From contig LT578416.1 in assembly GCA_900088475.1 (NCBI GenBank), positions 1 to 48,127 of the forward strand: a stretch of DNA of 48,127 bases. Reading direction: 5' to 3'. The notes under the pieces are model-generated. The model made no database searches and was not told the origin of the DNA. It saw only the letters and a list, made by a program, of their open reading frames with translations. Source of the DNA: Hyphochytrium catenoides (taxonomy: Eukaryota; Protista; Hyphochytriomycota). Position numbers and translations under genes: made by a program. Each line of letters opens with the position of its first letter. Within the stretch, counting starts at the first letter, position 1. Positions 21,718-31,912 of this stretch are shown here, in pieces.

Positions 21718-22317
21718 TTACTGTTTTTCTTGTTCAATCGCTTCTTCGACAATCCCCGATTCGCCGAGAAGCGATTGAACAAGAAAGAGCATAAACGTTT
21801 CAAAAGCCCAAAATGTTTCTTTCGCTGAAAACACAAGGGTCACGTTGATTTCAGAAAAATGGCGAAAAAAATGAGCGGTGGTTTCTAAAGCAGGAAAACA
21901 AGATGGGTCATAAAACGTAAATGTGATGCTATGTTCTTCTGCAACAATTTGAAACGAAAATTCTGCTTGATTGTTTTTTTGTTGAAATACTCCGTAAACG
22001 AGATCATTAAGAAAATTTGCCATTTTTTTTTTTCTTAAAGTCGTTGCGGCGCCGACAAAAGCATTTTTGCTAATTTTTAAAAGAGGGACTTGTTTTTTTG
22101 ATATCGTTGGATAAGCTTTTTGTTGTGTTAAGAGTTCCACCAGAAGTAAAGCGGATAAAATGAGTTTTTTATCTTGCGTAATATTGGGAAATCCGACATT
22201 AATCACCACCTTGTCAAGAATTGGAATTTCCATCGAATTTGTTATTGGCAATTTACAAGCCATTTGATAGGCTAAAATTTTTTTAAAATAATAATCAAAA
22301 GGGTTTGTTTCGATCAT
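21718..22317 (-). CDS. rpl5: Ribosomal protein L5
   Basis: N.MEIP.LDKVVINVG, LTQQKA, GA.TTLRKKKM..FL; follows rpl14. Confidence 0.9.
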   Translation of the reverse strand: MIETNPFDYYFKKILAYQMACKLPITNSMEIPILDKVVINVGFPNITQDKKLILSALLLVELLTQQKAYPTISKKQVPLLKISKNAFVGAATTLRKKKMANFLNDLVYGVFQQKNNQAEFSFQIVAEEHSITFTFYDPSCFPALETTAHFFRHFSEINVTLVFSAKETFWAFETFMLFLVQSLLGESGIVEEAIEQEKQ

Positions 22318-22384
22318 TTGAGGAATCTTATAAAAATGTTGTCAGAGTTGTAAGGTCGTGTGTTGTTTTTAATCTGTTTTCTTC

Positions 22385-22756
22385 TTAAACAAGAAAAGAT
22401 AACAGAGACACGATCTTTAAATCTTTTGACTTACGCAATTCTTGTGTAGAGGGCCCAAAAACCCGACTTCCAATGGTTTTTTTTTGTTGATTTAATAAAA
22501 TGGCGGCGTTCTCTGAAAATTGGAGAAGGCTGCCATTTTTACGTCTAAGGGATATGCTTGTTCTTATGACTAATGCTTTACACACTTGTCCTTTTTTGAC
22601 TTTAAGTTTTTGACTTTGAGACACTTTAATTTTTTTTAAAGACACAAGAATAAGATCGCCCACTTGAGCTTGTTTTTTTTTTAAAACTTTAATGCACTGA
22701 GCGACTTTTGCCCCGGAATTATCAACAATACGTAAAGAGGTTCGAGGTTGTATCAT
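22385..22756 (-). CDS. rpl14: Ribosomal protein L14
   Basis: MIQ..T.L.IVDNSGAK, F.ENAAILL, GSRVFGP. Confidence 0.97.
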   Translation of the reverse strand: MIQPRTSLRIVDNSGAKVAQCIKVLKKKQAQVGDLILVSLKKIKVSQSQKLKVKKGQVCKALVIRTSISLRRKNGSLLQFSENAAILLNQQKKTIGSRVFGPSTQELRKSKDLKIVSLLSFLV

Positions 22757-22787
22757 TGTATCATGATTGGTTTCAAATCATAAGAGT

Positions 22788-22860
22788 TAAGCCCAGTAGG
22801 AATTGAACCTACAACTTTTCCGTTATGAGCGGAACTTTCTACCTCTTGAAATATGGGCTT
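22788..22860 (-). tRNA. trnI: tRNA(CAU), probably lysidine-modified tRNA-Ile
   Basis: Cloverleaf, loop CTCATAA, AAGCCCA/TGGGCTT-A acceptor resembling Ile2 rather than Met. Confidence 0.8.
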
Positions 22861-22937
22861 CCTATATTTTATATCTTTTATTAGATTGTTTTTAGAAAAT
22901 TTGACAATATGACAATATTAGAATATTAAAGAATGTC

Positions 22938-23576
22938 TTATTCTTTTATTCGTACCACAGCATTTTTCATTTGTCGTGATAATTGTTGATAAATATATTG
23001 ACGTCGGCGTTGTTTTTGATCTTGATCTCCGGCCAACGTCACTGCACCAAGTAACGCAACTAAAAGAATTAATCCTGCAATTAAAACATCGAAAAAATAG
23101 ACATCATACAACAAATAACCAAATCCTTCTATATCTTTTTGTAAATTCATTGACGCTCGGGTTGGTGAGGGTACAAGACGATCTCCATAAAGTTTTTTTA
23201 AAGAAAAATTGAAATCAATAAAATCTGTTGTTGAAATGCCGATCTGTTGTTGCATAACATAAAAAACAGCTAAAAAAAAAACAAGTCCTATTAGAAACCC
23301 AATAGGTAAATCTTGGAATAAGGTATATTGTTTTTTTTCCTTTAATGTCAACATCATAACAACAAATAGAAATAAAATCGCGATAGCTCCAATATAAATC
23401 ACTAAAAGAAGTAATCCAAGAAATTCAACACCTAAAAAAAAAAGTAATGCAGAATTACTACAAAAAACTAAAACTAAATATAACACGGCATGTACGGCAT
23501 GTTCCACTCGGATAACCATCATGGCAGATCCAAGTAACATTGTGGTTAATGCATAAAAAAAAAAGAATTCCATCAT
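22938..23576 (-). CDS. nad6: NADH dehydrogenase subunit 6
   Basis: VHAVLYLVLVF, IYIGAIAILFLFVVMML. Confidence 0.97.
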   Translation of the reverse strand: MMEFFFFYALTTMLLGSAMMVIRVEHAVHAVLYLVLVFCSNSALLFFLGVEFLGLLLLVIYIGAIAILFLFVVMMLTLKEKKQYTLFQDLPIGFLIGLVFFLAVFYVMQQQIGISTTDFIDFNFSLKKLYGDRLVPSPTRASMNLQKDIEGFGYLLYDVYFFDVLIAGLILLVALLGAVTLAGDQDQKQRRRQYIYQQLSRQMKNAVVRIKE

Positions 23577-23650
23577 TTATATTTTTTTGTATGTTAAAAG
23601 AAAAAAAAAGAGAGAAAAAGAGAAAAAGAAGCGCATACTCGTTTGTTTGG

Positions 23651-24058
23651 TTAAATCTCTGAAGAAATCCATGTTTTGACTGACAATTTATTTGATGCGC
23701 TTTTTAAGGCATTATAAGCTAATGCGGGTTTTACGCCAGATATCACACACAAAACACGTCCTGGTTTTACACATGCAACCCAAGAGCTTACGGATCCTTT
23801 CCCTTTTCCCATACGAACTTCAATAGGTTTTTTCGTCACTGGAGTATTTGGAAAGATTTTAAATTGTAATTTTCCCATGCGTTTTAATTTCCTTGTTACA
23901 ACTTTACGTAAAGCTTCCATTTCTTTCGCGGAAATTCGCCCAAGTTCTAAGGTTTTTAATGCATGTCCTCCTGGAGATAAAATGACTTTGGCTTCTGTTC
24001 CTCGAAGTTTCCCTTTAAAAACTTTTTTATATTTCGTTTGTGCGGGTCGAGATAACAT
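23651..24058 (-). CDS. rpl16: Ribosomal protein L16
   Basis: P..TKYKK..KG, TKKPIEVRMGKGKG. Confidence 0.98.
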   Translation of the reverse strand: MLSRPAQTKYKKVFKGKLRGTEAKVILSPGGHALKTLELGRISAKEMEALRKVVTRKLKRMGKLQFKIFPNTPVTKKPIEVRMGKGKGSVSSWVACVKPGRVLCVISGVKPALAYNALKSASNKLSVKTWISSEI

Positions 24059-24353
24059 CGAAGATCCTCATTACTGAAAAAACATTTAAACTTTTGAGAG
24101 TTCTTTTCTCTGTACATTATTTCATTGATTTTTCTGTTGAACCTGCTTTGTTTCGGGCCTTTTTCTTTAAAAGCATTTCGACTTCTCAAGGCGCTTTTTG
24201 TATTTTCGAAAATTTGTAGAATATGGATAGAAAAAGCTATTTAACCTTTTACCAAATTCTATTTTTTAAGTACACAAATCCGTATTAACAAAAAAATTTC
24301 CTGTTAAGGTAGAAGCTTAACAAATTACAAAAACGTATGATAAAAATAAGATT

Positions 24354-25169
24354 ATGTTTAAAAAAATAAATCCAATAACACCTTCACAACGTCATTTAAT
24401 ACAAGTAAATTTACCAAAAATTCTTGATAAAATAAAACCTCTTAAAAATAAAACAAAACTTTTATTAAAAAAAAATGGAAGGAATCATTCTGGTAAAATT
24501 ACTGTAAGACATCGAGGAGGTGGTCATAAAAAAAAATATCGAATCATCGATTTTTATAGAACAGATAAACAATCAACCATAACTCATTTAGAATATGATC
24601 CAAATCGATCTGCTTTTATCGCAAGAATTTTAACGAAAAAAAAAGAATCTTATATTATAGCCCCACACAATTGTATTCATGGTATGAGATTACAAACAGG
24701 AGAGCATGTTCCTATTCAAATTGGAAATTGCACTTCTTTGAAACAAATGCCTTTGGGTAGCTTAATACATAATTTATCGATACATAAATATAAAAAAGGA
24801 CAATATATACGATCTGCCGGAACTTTTGGTCAATTAATACAAAAAACAGAAAATTTTGCACGAATAAAATTACCTTCTGGAGAACACCGGCATGTTTTTT
24901 TAGAATGCCGTGCTACTTATGGTAAAGTTTCTAACGAAGATCATAAATTTAGACAATTAGGAAAAGCCGGAAGATCTCGTTGGATGGGAATTCGTCCAAC
25001 TGTTCGAGGCGTTGCTATGAATCCTGTAGATCATCCACACGGTGGTGGAGAAGGTAAAACAAGTGGCGGGCGGCCTTCTGTAACGCCTTGGGCTAAATTT
25101 ACGAAAGGGCAGCCCACAAGAAAAAATAAAAAAAAGGATCTTTATCTTGTAAAAAAAAGAAAAAAATAA
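24354..25169 (+). CDS. rpl2: Ribosomal protein L2
   Basis: GRNHSGKITVRHRGGGHK, EYDPNRSA, RGVAMNPVDHPHGGGEG. Confidence 0.99.
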   Translation: MFKKINPITPSQRHLIQVNLPKILDKIKPLKNKTKLLLKKNGRNHSGKITVRHRGGGHKKKYRIIDFYRTDKQSTITHLEYDPNRSAFIARILTKKKESYIIAPHNCIHGMRLQTGEHVPIQIGNCTSLKQMPLGSLIHNLSIHKYKKGQYIRSAGTFGQLIQKTENFARIKLPSGEHRHVFLECRATYGKVSNEDHKFRQLGKAGRSRWMGIRPTVRGVAMNPVDHPHGGGEGKTSGGRPSVTPWAKFTKGQPTRKNKKKDLYLVKKRKK

Positions 25170-25173
25170 TAGG

Positions 25174-25578
25174 ATGAAAAAACCAAAAACTAAAGCAAGT
25201 TTTCAAAAATCAAATGAAAATAAAAATACCCAAAAAGAGAATCTAGTAAAACAAGAACAAATTTTATTTGACGATGAATCTGATCAAAATTTAATTATTA
25301 CAAAACAGCCAACTTGGCGTTTAAAGTATACAGATAATTGTATTTTGAAATTATCTTCTTTGATCAAGCGAGAGCGACTAAGTGAACAAGAAAATGCTGT
25401 TTCTATTTGGTCACGTCGATCTATTATTGAACCATATTTAGTCGATTGTTATGTAAAGATACATAATGGTCTTCGTTTTATTCCTAAAAAAATTACACAA
25501 GAAATGGTTGGCCATAAGTTTGGTCAATTTAGTTTCACTAGAGCAAAATATACTTATAAAAAAAAAAAGAAAAAATAA
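25174..25578 (+). CDS. rps19: Ribosomal protein S19 with N-terminal extension
   Basis: IWSRRS.I, IHNG..F, MVGHKFGQFSFTR; position after rpl2. Confidence 0.93.
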   Translation: MKKPKTKASFQKSNENKNTQKENLVKQEQILFDDESDQNLIITKQPTWRLKYTDNCILKLSSLIKRERLSEQENAVSIWSRRSIIEPYLVDCYVKIHNGLRFIPKKITQEMVGHKFGQFSFTRAKYTYKKKKKK

Positions 25579-25581
25579 AAA

Positions 25582-26982
25582 ATGGCATCAAAAAATCATC
25601 CAATATCTTTTCGTTTAAAACAACATAAAATTACAGATTCTTTATGGTATGCGCGATATAATTATCAATCTATATTACATGACGATTTAGTTATCCGTGA
25701 AATTGTTAAATATACTTATAAAAAACAGAAAATTTTTGTAAATCAAATTTTAATTCGACGTCATTTGAAAGTTTTATTTGTAGTTATCTATTTGTATAAT
25801 TATGTCAACTTGAAAAAAAAAAAAAAACGTTTTCGTGTTTCGCGAAAAAAATATATTTATAAAAAAAAAAAAATATTGTTAAAAGCAAAAAAAAGCAAAA
25901 AAAACTATAAAAAAATTCGTAAATATAAAACTAAACTAAAAAGAAAAAATATTTTTAAATCTTTGAAATATTTAACTAAAAAGAAAAAAAATTTGCATGA
26001 AGATGACATTGCAAAAATGATTCAAAAATATTGTAATATGCATGATCAAAAAATTCAGATAATTTCTTATGACTATTCAAAGATTTACAACCTCCGTTAC
26101 AATTTTATAGTAAACCGCGTAGTTAAAATGGTGCGTTACTATAAATGGATTAAAAATTATAGAAAATTAGTAGAATTAGCTTTTATTTCAGTTCAAACTC
26201 AAAACACTAGTGCATTTTGTGATTGTTTAGCTTTCGCTTTAAAAGTAAAAAAATTCAGAGATCACAGAAGAATTGTATTGTTTTCGCGTTCTCTTTTTAA
26301 AGGTTATACACGATTTTTTTATCATTTTATTGGTTTTAAAATTATAATTAAAGGCCGACTTCGTGGTCGTTTGCGTGCTAAAAAGTTTATGATTAAATAC
26401 GGATATCTTCCATTACAAACAATGGCTGCTGTTATACATTATAATTTAAAACCGATGCATTCAAAACACGGTACATTTGGTTTCCGCATTTGGTTTTGTT
26501 ATACATTTTCAAACAATTTGCAAATCGATTTCATAAACCGTTGGAAAAAAGAAGAATTTGATAAAGAGAAATCAAAAATTAAAATATTACCTAATTTTTA
26601 TGATTATTCTTTATTTCTATCAAAACAAATGTTACAAAAAGCAAGTAAAACTAATAAAATTTTATTAAATACATCTTCTTCTAAAAAGACAAAAAAAGAA
26701 TTTAGAATCCATTCTCAATTAAGTTTACTAAAAAACTTAAAAGTTGTTAAAAAGAAAAAAAAAAAACATGTTTTTGTAAAACGAAATCTGTCTGATATTT
26801 TTTTATGGCATTTTTTATACCATTATTTATTGAAAACACATCAAAAATATTCTGTTATTCATTTTTTTAATCTTTTAAATTATTTAATAACGCCGACCCT
26901 ACATAAATATAAACAATATTTGATAAAAAAACATGTTTTAAAATTAGTGTTAATTTCTTTACTTCCAAAGACCAAATATTGA
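25582..26982 (+). CDS. rps3: Ribosomal protein S3 (long, Lys-rich)
   Basis: K.HPISFRL start; GFKIIIKGRL.G..RA, G.LPLQT, G.FGFRIW; ~155-aa tail. Confidence 0.93.
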   Translation: MASKNHPISFRLKQHKITDSLWYARYNYQSILHDDLVIREIVKYTYKKQKIFVNQILIRRHLKVLFVVIYLYNYVNLKKKKKRFRVSRKKYIYKKKKILLKAKKSKKNYKKIRKYKTKLKRKNIFKSLKYLTKKKKNLHEDDIAKMIQKYCNMHDQKIQIISYDYSKIYNLRYNFIVNRVVKMVRYYKWIKNYRKLVELAFISVQTQNTSAFCDCLAFALKVKKFRDHRRIVLFSRSLFKGYTRFFYHFIGFKIIIKGRLRGRLRAKKFMIKYGYLPLQTMAAVIHYNLKPMHSKHGTFGFRIWFCYTFSNNLQIDFINRWKKEEFDKEKSKIKILPNFYDYSLFLSKQMLQKASKTNKILLNTSSSKKTKKEFRIHSQLSLLKNLKVVKKKKKKHVFVKRNLSDIFLWHFLYHYLLKTHQKYSVIHFFNLLNYLITPTLHKYKQYLIKKHVLKLVLISLLPKTKY

Positions 26983-27055
26983 TATATTGATAACTCTCTT
27001 AGATCGAACTTTTAAACAACCTTTCTCTTTATAACTAATGAAATAAAAAACTACG

Positions 27056-27577
27056 ATGTTAAACATTAATAAAGTTTATATTCAACAAGAAGATATTTTA
27101 TATAAAAAACTTTTAAAAATTCCAGGCATAGGCCCTAAACGTGCAAAAACACTTATTAATTATATTGGAATTCATCGTTCTTGTAAGTTAATGCACGTTT
27201 CTTTAGAAAATCGTACGAAATTATTAAAATTTATTGAATTTTTTTATTCTAAAACAATAGGAATGAACTTATTAGAAAAAACTCAAGAAAATATAACATA
27301 TTATTCTACAATAAATAGTTATCGTGGTATTCGACATAAATATGGTTTGCCTGTAAGAGGCCAGAATACACGTACAAATGCACGTACACGAAAATGTCAA
27401 AAGAGAAAAAAAAACTCTCTTTTTTTTAGAAAAAAACGTTTTGGGCGGGATATTATAAAAGTTCAAGTACGTTCACGTCAAAAAAAAAGAAGATCTCCTA
27501 AAAAAAAAACTGGAAAAGTTTCTTATGTCCCATACTATAAACATAAACCATTTTTTAGACGTCCTAAAAATTATTGA
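27056..27577 (+). CDS. rps13: Ribosomal protein S13
   Basis: IPGIG, YRGIRH..GLPVRGQNTRTNART; basic C-terminal extension. Confidence 0.97.
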   Translation: MLNINKVYIQQEDILYKKLLKIPGIGPKRAKTLINYIGIHRSCKLMHVSLENRTKLLKFIEFFYSKTIGMNLLEKTQENITYYSTINSYRGIRHKYGLPVRGQNTRTNARTRKCQKRKKNSLFFRKKRFGRDIIKVQVRSRQKKRRSPKKKTGKVSYVPYYKHKPFFRRPKNY

Positions 27578-27602
27578 AAAAACAAAACCAAAACAATTTT
27601 TA

Positions 27603-28505
27603 ATGCTTCACCCTATAGACCAGTTTTTTGAGATTTTAAAAGTTGTTAATAAAAAACAACAACAAAAAAAAATGGAAAGACAAATAAAGAAATATTATTT
27701 TTTAATAAACAATATAAAAAATTTAAAAGAACAAACAAATAAAAAAATGAATCAAAGTCTACAAAAAAAGGCTTTTTTGTTAACAAAAAAAACATATTCT
27801 TTTTTTTTACTTAAAAATCAAATATGTTTTTCTAAAGAACTTTTTTTAAAGAAAAAGTATAAATTAACAACAACATCTCGTTTACGAAAAATTGTTGAAA
27901 CAATGCAATATCATTTTAAACAAATAAGAAAACGAGAAAAATGGTATTTTTTTTCAAAAAAAGCTGTTTTTTTTTATTTTAAAAATTTTAAAAAAATACG
28001 AGGATTAAAAAAAAAACAACCGATTAAAGGTAAAACACAACGAGAAAAATATAGACATCGTGTAGAATTAATGATTCATCGGAATTTATCTGTTCGAGAG
28101 CTTTTTCATGAAAAACGTGCACGAAAACGAATGTTACGCAAATCTAGACGTTTCGGAAAGCGTTTTTTAGGAAAAACAGGAATTTTACATTATGTTGCGA
28201 CAACACGAAATATCAAATATACTTTTACTACCTTAAAACATCGTGTATTAATGTATTTTTCTACTGGTAATAAAAAAATTAAAAAAGGTCGACGCAAAAG
28301 TCTCGAAGCTAAAAAAATTTTGGCAAGACGAATGGCTCGTTTTGTAAAATGGAAAAAAGTAAAAAAGCTGATTGTAGTTTTGCATGCAAGTCGTGTGAGA
28401 ACAATAAATTTTCTTGTACGACTATATCGCGTTCGTCGAATTCGTTTGATTGCTATAATTGTTGATTCCAAACGACCTCATAATGGATGTCGAAAAAAAA
28501 AATAA
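27603..28505 (+). CDS. rps11: Ribosomal protein S11 with long basic N-terminal extension
   Basis: C-terminal GILH..AT.RNI..T.T and D...PHNGCR; follows rps13; start uncertain (27525 overlaps rps13). Confidence 0.85.
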   Translation: MLHPIDQFFEILKVVNKKQQQKKMERQIKKYYFLINNIKNLKEQTNKKMNQSLQKKAFLLTKKTYSFFLLKNQICFSKELFLKKKYKLTTTSRLRKIVETMQYHFKQIRKREKWYFFSKKAVFFYFKNFKKIRGLKKKQPIKGKTQREKYRHRVELMIHRNLSVRELFHEKRARKRMLRKSRRFGKRFLGKTGILHYVATTRNIKYTFTTLKHRVLMYFSTGNKKIKKGRRKSLEAKKILARRMARFVKWKKVKKLIVVLHASRVRTINFLVRLYRVRRIRLIAIIVDSKRPHNGCRKKK

Positions 28506-28538
28506 AAATTATTTCTAATATCAATTTCAATTCTTTAA

Positions 28539-28622
28539 GGACAAGTGATCGAGCGGTTGATGGTATCAGTCTTGAAAACTGAAATGCTTACAGCATCGTG
28601 GGTTCGAATCCCACCTTGTCCA
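28539..28622 (+). tRNA. trnS: tRNA-Ser(UGA)
   Basis: Cloverleaf, long variable arm, loop CTTGAAA. Confidence 0.95.
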
Positions 28623-28625
28623 TTA

Positions 28626-28699
28626 CGGAATGTGACGCAGCCCGGTAGCGTGTTTGTTTTGGGAACAAATTGTCATAGGTTCAAATCCTATCATTCCGA
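28626..28699 (+). tRNA. trnP: tRNA-Pro(UGG)
   Basis: CGG start, loop TTTGGGA. Confidence 0.95.
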
Positions 28700-28737
28700 G
28701 ATTTTTTTTTATTAACTAAGTTTTATATTAATATTTA

Positions 28738-29139
28738 ATGATGAATGATCTGATTTCAGATTTAATTACACGTATTCGAAACGGACAAATGGCACATTTA
28801 ACTGCTATTAAAGTTTGCAATTCGAAATATTCAAGAAAATTTTTAGATGTATTATATGAAGAGGGTTTTATTTGTGGTTATAGTCTTAATTATGAATCTT
28901 CAAAAAATGCAGAACACTATTTAAAAGTACATTTAAAATATATGGGCGGAAAACCTTCTATTAAAAAAATTTATAAAATTTCGAAAAACGGTTGCCGTGT
29001 TTATTGTGGTGTTGCAGAACTATGGCGTCTAAAACATGGATTTGGTCATTATATTTTATCAACATCAAAAGGATTAATGATTGATGAAAAAGCTCGCTAT
29101 TTAAGGATAGGCGGGGAAATTATTGCATATATTGAATAG
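28738..29139 (+). CDS. rps8: Ribosomal protein S8
   Basis: D.ISDLITRIRNG, L.EEGFI, ILSTSKGLM, GGEII. Confidence 0.98.
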   Translation: MMNDLISDLITRIRNGQMAHLTAIKVCNSKYSRKFLDVLYEEGFICGYSLNYESSKNAEHYLKVHLKYMGGKPSIKKIYKISKNGCRVYCGVAELWRLKHGFGHYILSTSKGLMIDEKARYLRIGGEIIAYIE

Positions 29140-29691
29140 ATGTCAAAAATAGGACGTAAAATTATAAGAATTCCAGAAAATATTAAAGTTTTATTACAAG
29201 AAAAAGAAATAATTTTGTCTAAAGAAAATCAAATTTTAAAAATTAAAAAGCCAGCTTTTTGTAGATTAGTTTTTAAAAATCAATGTTTGAGTATTGAAAT
29301 ACCTAAAAATCAATATAAAATTCGTGAAAAAGATCAAATAAATATGTTTTGGGGAACTTTTCGTAAATATTTAAATGATGCTATTATCGGATTGAGTCAA
29401 AAATTTCAAATATCATTAAGAATTATTGGTGTTGGTTATCGAATGTTTGTCGAAAATAATTATTTATGTTTAAAAATTGGATATTCTCATTTAATTTATA
29501 TCAAAATTCCCTCGGATATCTCGATCTCAACACCAAAATTAACAAAAATTTCAATGCAAAGTCATAATAAAAATTCTTTATTACAATTTGCGGCATTTAT
29601 TAAATCACATAAAGTTCCAGAACCGTATAAAGGTAAAGGCATTGTTTATAAAGGAGAACATATTCGTCGAAAAGAAGGTAAAAAAAGATAA
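29140..29691 (+). CDS. rpl6: Ribosomal protein L6
   Basis: MSKIGRK, GVGYR, IGYSH, PEPYKGKGI. Confidence 0.98.
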   Translation: MSKIGRKIIRIPENIKVLLQEKEIILSKENQILKIKKPAFCRLVFKNQCLSIEIPKNQYKIREKDQINMFWGTFRKYLNDAIIGLSQKFQISLRIIGVGYRMFVENNYLCLKIGYSHLIYIKIPSDISISTPKLTKISMQSHNKNSLLQFAAFIKSHKVPEPYKGKGIVYKGEHIRRKEGKKR

Positions 29692-29693
29692 TC

Positions 29694-30494
29694 ATGAAAG
29701 TCTTCAAAAAAAAATATATGAAATATTGCCCAGAAACATTAAAAAAAATGAAAGATAAACAAATTTTTAAAATTTTGATGGAACAAAAAATACATTTGGG
29801 ACATCATCGACAAAATATTAAAAAAGAATTTAAAACCTATTTACATTCTTTTTTTAATGATTATGGTATTATAAATTTAAAAAAAACTTTAATGCAATTA
29901 CGCATTGTAATGAATATTGTATTTAATCTTGGACTAAAAAATGGTAATATTTTAATTATTGATTCTTTTTTGATAAATGGGAAAAGTTTAGACCTTTCAA
30001 TTCCATTTGAAGGAATTTTATGTTTAAAACAATCTGATTGGATTCCTGGTTTGTTATCTAATAAAAAACATGTTAAGAATACAATGAAACAAAATCTTTC
30101 AAAAAAAAATATAAAAACTTTTCAAAAAGATTTATCTGAAACATTATTAAATCATATTGATTCTATTGATTTAATTGTTATTATAGATCCACTTGCTTGT
30201 ATAGATATTATAAATGAAGCTTCTATTACAAATACACCTATTATAGCATTAGTAGATTTAAATGGTTTTCTTCAAAATATAGATTATCCTATAATATGTA
30301 ATAATCAAAATCGAAATAGTGTTTTATTTATTTTGCAACTTCTTTTTAAAGCATATGAAAAAGGCACTTTATATCAAAACGATGTTGATAAAAAAATTTT
30401 TATGAAAAAAAAAAGAAAAAATGTTTCAATTTATTTTGAAAAACAAGATCGTAAAAAGGATTTCATTGTAAAAGAAAAAAAAAAAAATAGATGA
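29694..30494 (+). CDS. rps2: Ribosomal protein S2
   Basis: IHLGH, IINL.KT, WIPGLLSN, EA....PIIALVD.N, IDYPI..N. Confidence 0.93.
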   Translation: MKVFKKKYMKYCPETLKKMKDKQIFKILMEQKIHLGHHRQNIKKEFKTYLHSFFNDYGIINLKKTLMQLRIVMNIVFNLGLKNGNILIIDSFLINGKSLDLSIPFEGILCLKQSDWIPGLLSNKKHVKNTMKQNLSKKNIKTFQKDLSETLLNHIDSIDLIVIIDPLACIDIINEASITNTPIIALVDLNGFLQNIDYPIICNNQNRNSVLFILQLLFKAYEKGTLYQNDVDKKIFMKKKRKNVSIYFEKQDRKKDFIVKEKKKNR

Positions 30495-31264
30495 ACAGAT
30501 TATTAAAAAAAAAATTTCAAAAAAGGACAAAAATTCAATGGATTTCTTATTTTAAAAAACATTTTCGTCGAAATGGGAATGTTTTATTTGTACGTCCTTT
30601 TGTTTTTCATAAATTACATTATGATAAGTGGAAAAAATTAAAAAAATTTTCATGGAAAAATTATAGACAGTCATTATATAAATATAAAAACCCTTCTTCC
30701 CTAATTAAATATGTTAAAACAAAAAATATTTATTGTCATTCTATTTTATATCAAAAACAATTATTTAAAATTTTATATAAAATTCCATCTGAAAAACAAC
30801 TAAAAATATTCTTACGTCAATTTTATAAACGAAAAAAAACACGTCAGCGTTTTTATTCGTCAATACAAAGACGTTTAGATTTTTTTTTATTAAAAATTAA
30901 GTATGCGGGTTCTCTTGAAATAGCTCGTTTTTTAATTAAAAATCAATTTATTTTGATAAATGATAAAATTATAACGCAATCGAATTATTTAATAAGATGT
31001 CATGATATCTTATCTGTTGATTATCGTATACGGAATTATGTTTATTTTAATCTTTTAAGAAACAAAACCAAAAAGAAAAAAAAAAAAAGAAAAAAAAAAT
31101 ACAAAAATGTTTTGGGTAATAAAAAAATGTTAGGTTTACCAAAAATTTTTGAAATAAACTACCGAACATTAGATGTTATTCTTTATAATGATTTTAAAAT
31201 TAAGCATTATAAAACAAAATATGCGTTAAATCTTGATATTATACAAAAAATATATAGAAGATAA
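30491..31264 (+). CDS. rps4: Ribosomal protein S4
   Basis: KQ.FK..Y, RRLD..L, S...AR..I....I.IN S4 domain; ATGA overlap with rps2. Confidence 0.88.
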   Translation: MNRLLKKKFQKRTKIQWISYFKKHFRRNGNVLFVRPFVFHKLHYDKWKKLKKFSWKNYRQSLYKYKNPSSLIKYVKTKNIYCHSILYQKQLFKILYKIPSEKQLKIFLRQFYKRKKTRQRFYSSIQRRLDFFLLKIKYAGSLEIARFLIKNQFILINDKIITQSNYLIRCHDILSVDYRIRNYVYFNLLRNKTKKKKKKRKKKYKNVLGNKKMLGLPKIFEINYRTLDVILYNDFKIKHYKTKYALNLDIIQKIYRR

Positions 31265-31286
31265 TAATATAAAAACAACATAAAAA

Positions 31287-31354
31287 GAATTTGTTGTGTT
31301 TCCGATTCACAATCATTCAAAAATGATTTTTGGGCTCAAATCCCATCAAATTCA
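31287..31354 (+). ncRNA. tRNA-like element 3
   Basis: Perfect acceptor GAATTTG/CAAATTC+A; GTG/CAC arm; ATCATT/AATGAT arm with 4-nt loop; TGGG-CTCAAAT-CCCA T-arm. Confidence 0.65.
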
Positions 31355-31387
31355 ATAATTATTTATCATAAAAGAAAAAAAATTAAA

Positions 31388-31768
31388 ATGATTAAAAGAA
31401 AAAAAATTAAAAAATATGATTATAAATTTAAACTTGAAGCTTATGATATCAAAATTTTACAACAAGCAAATCTTTTTTGGAAAGAACTTGCAACCTCATT
31501 ACATTTAAACTTAAAAGGCCCTGTTTTTTTACCAACGAAACAAAAAAAAATTATTTTATTAAGATCACCACATATTAACAAAAAGGCTCGAGAAAAATTT
31601 ATTTTTTGTCGTTATCGTTATTTATATACTTTAAAAAGCTCTGCAGAACAAATAGAATTTGTTTATCAATTTTTATCTTTAATTCAAAAAAGTGCAATAG
31701 CTGGTTGTTCTTTTACAATACAAAAGACAATGAAAACAACACTTAAAAAACGTAAATATTATTTATAA
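31388..31768 (+). CDS. rps10: Ribosomal protein S10
   Basis: GPVFLPTK, LRSPHINKKARE.F. Confidence 0.95.
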   Translation: MIKRKKIKKYDYKFKLEAYDIKILQQANLFWKELATSLHLNLKGPVFLPTKQKKIILLRSPHINKKAREKFIFCRYRYLYTLKSSAEQIEFVYQFLSLIQKSAIAGCSFTIQKTMKTTLKKRKYYL

Positions 31769-31912
31769 AATAAAATATTGGGGTAGTTTTCAAAAAAGAC
31801 GTATTAGCTTTTTTATTTTATATTCTTTTAGAAGAAAAATTCTATAAGTTTTTTTTTGAAATACTGAAATAATTAAAAGTTGAACTCGATAGCTATGAGT
31901 TTTAATATATTT

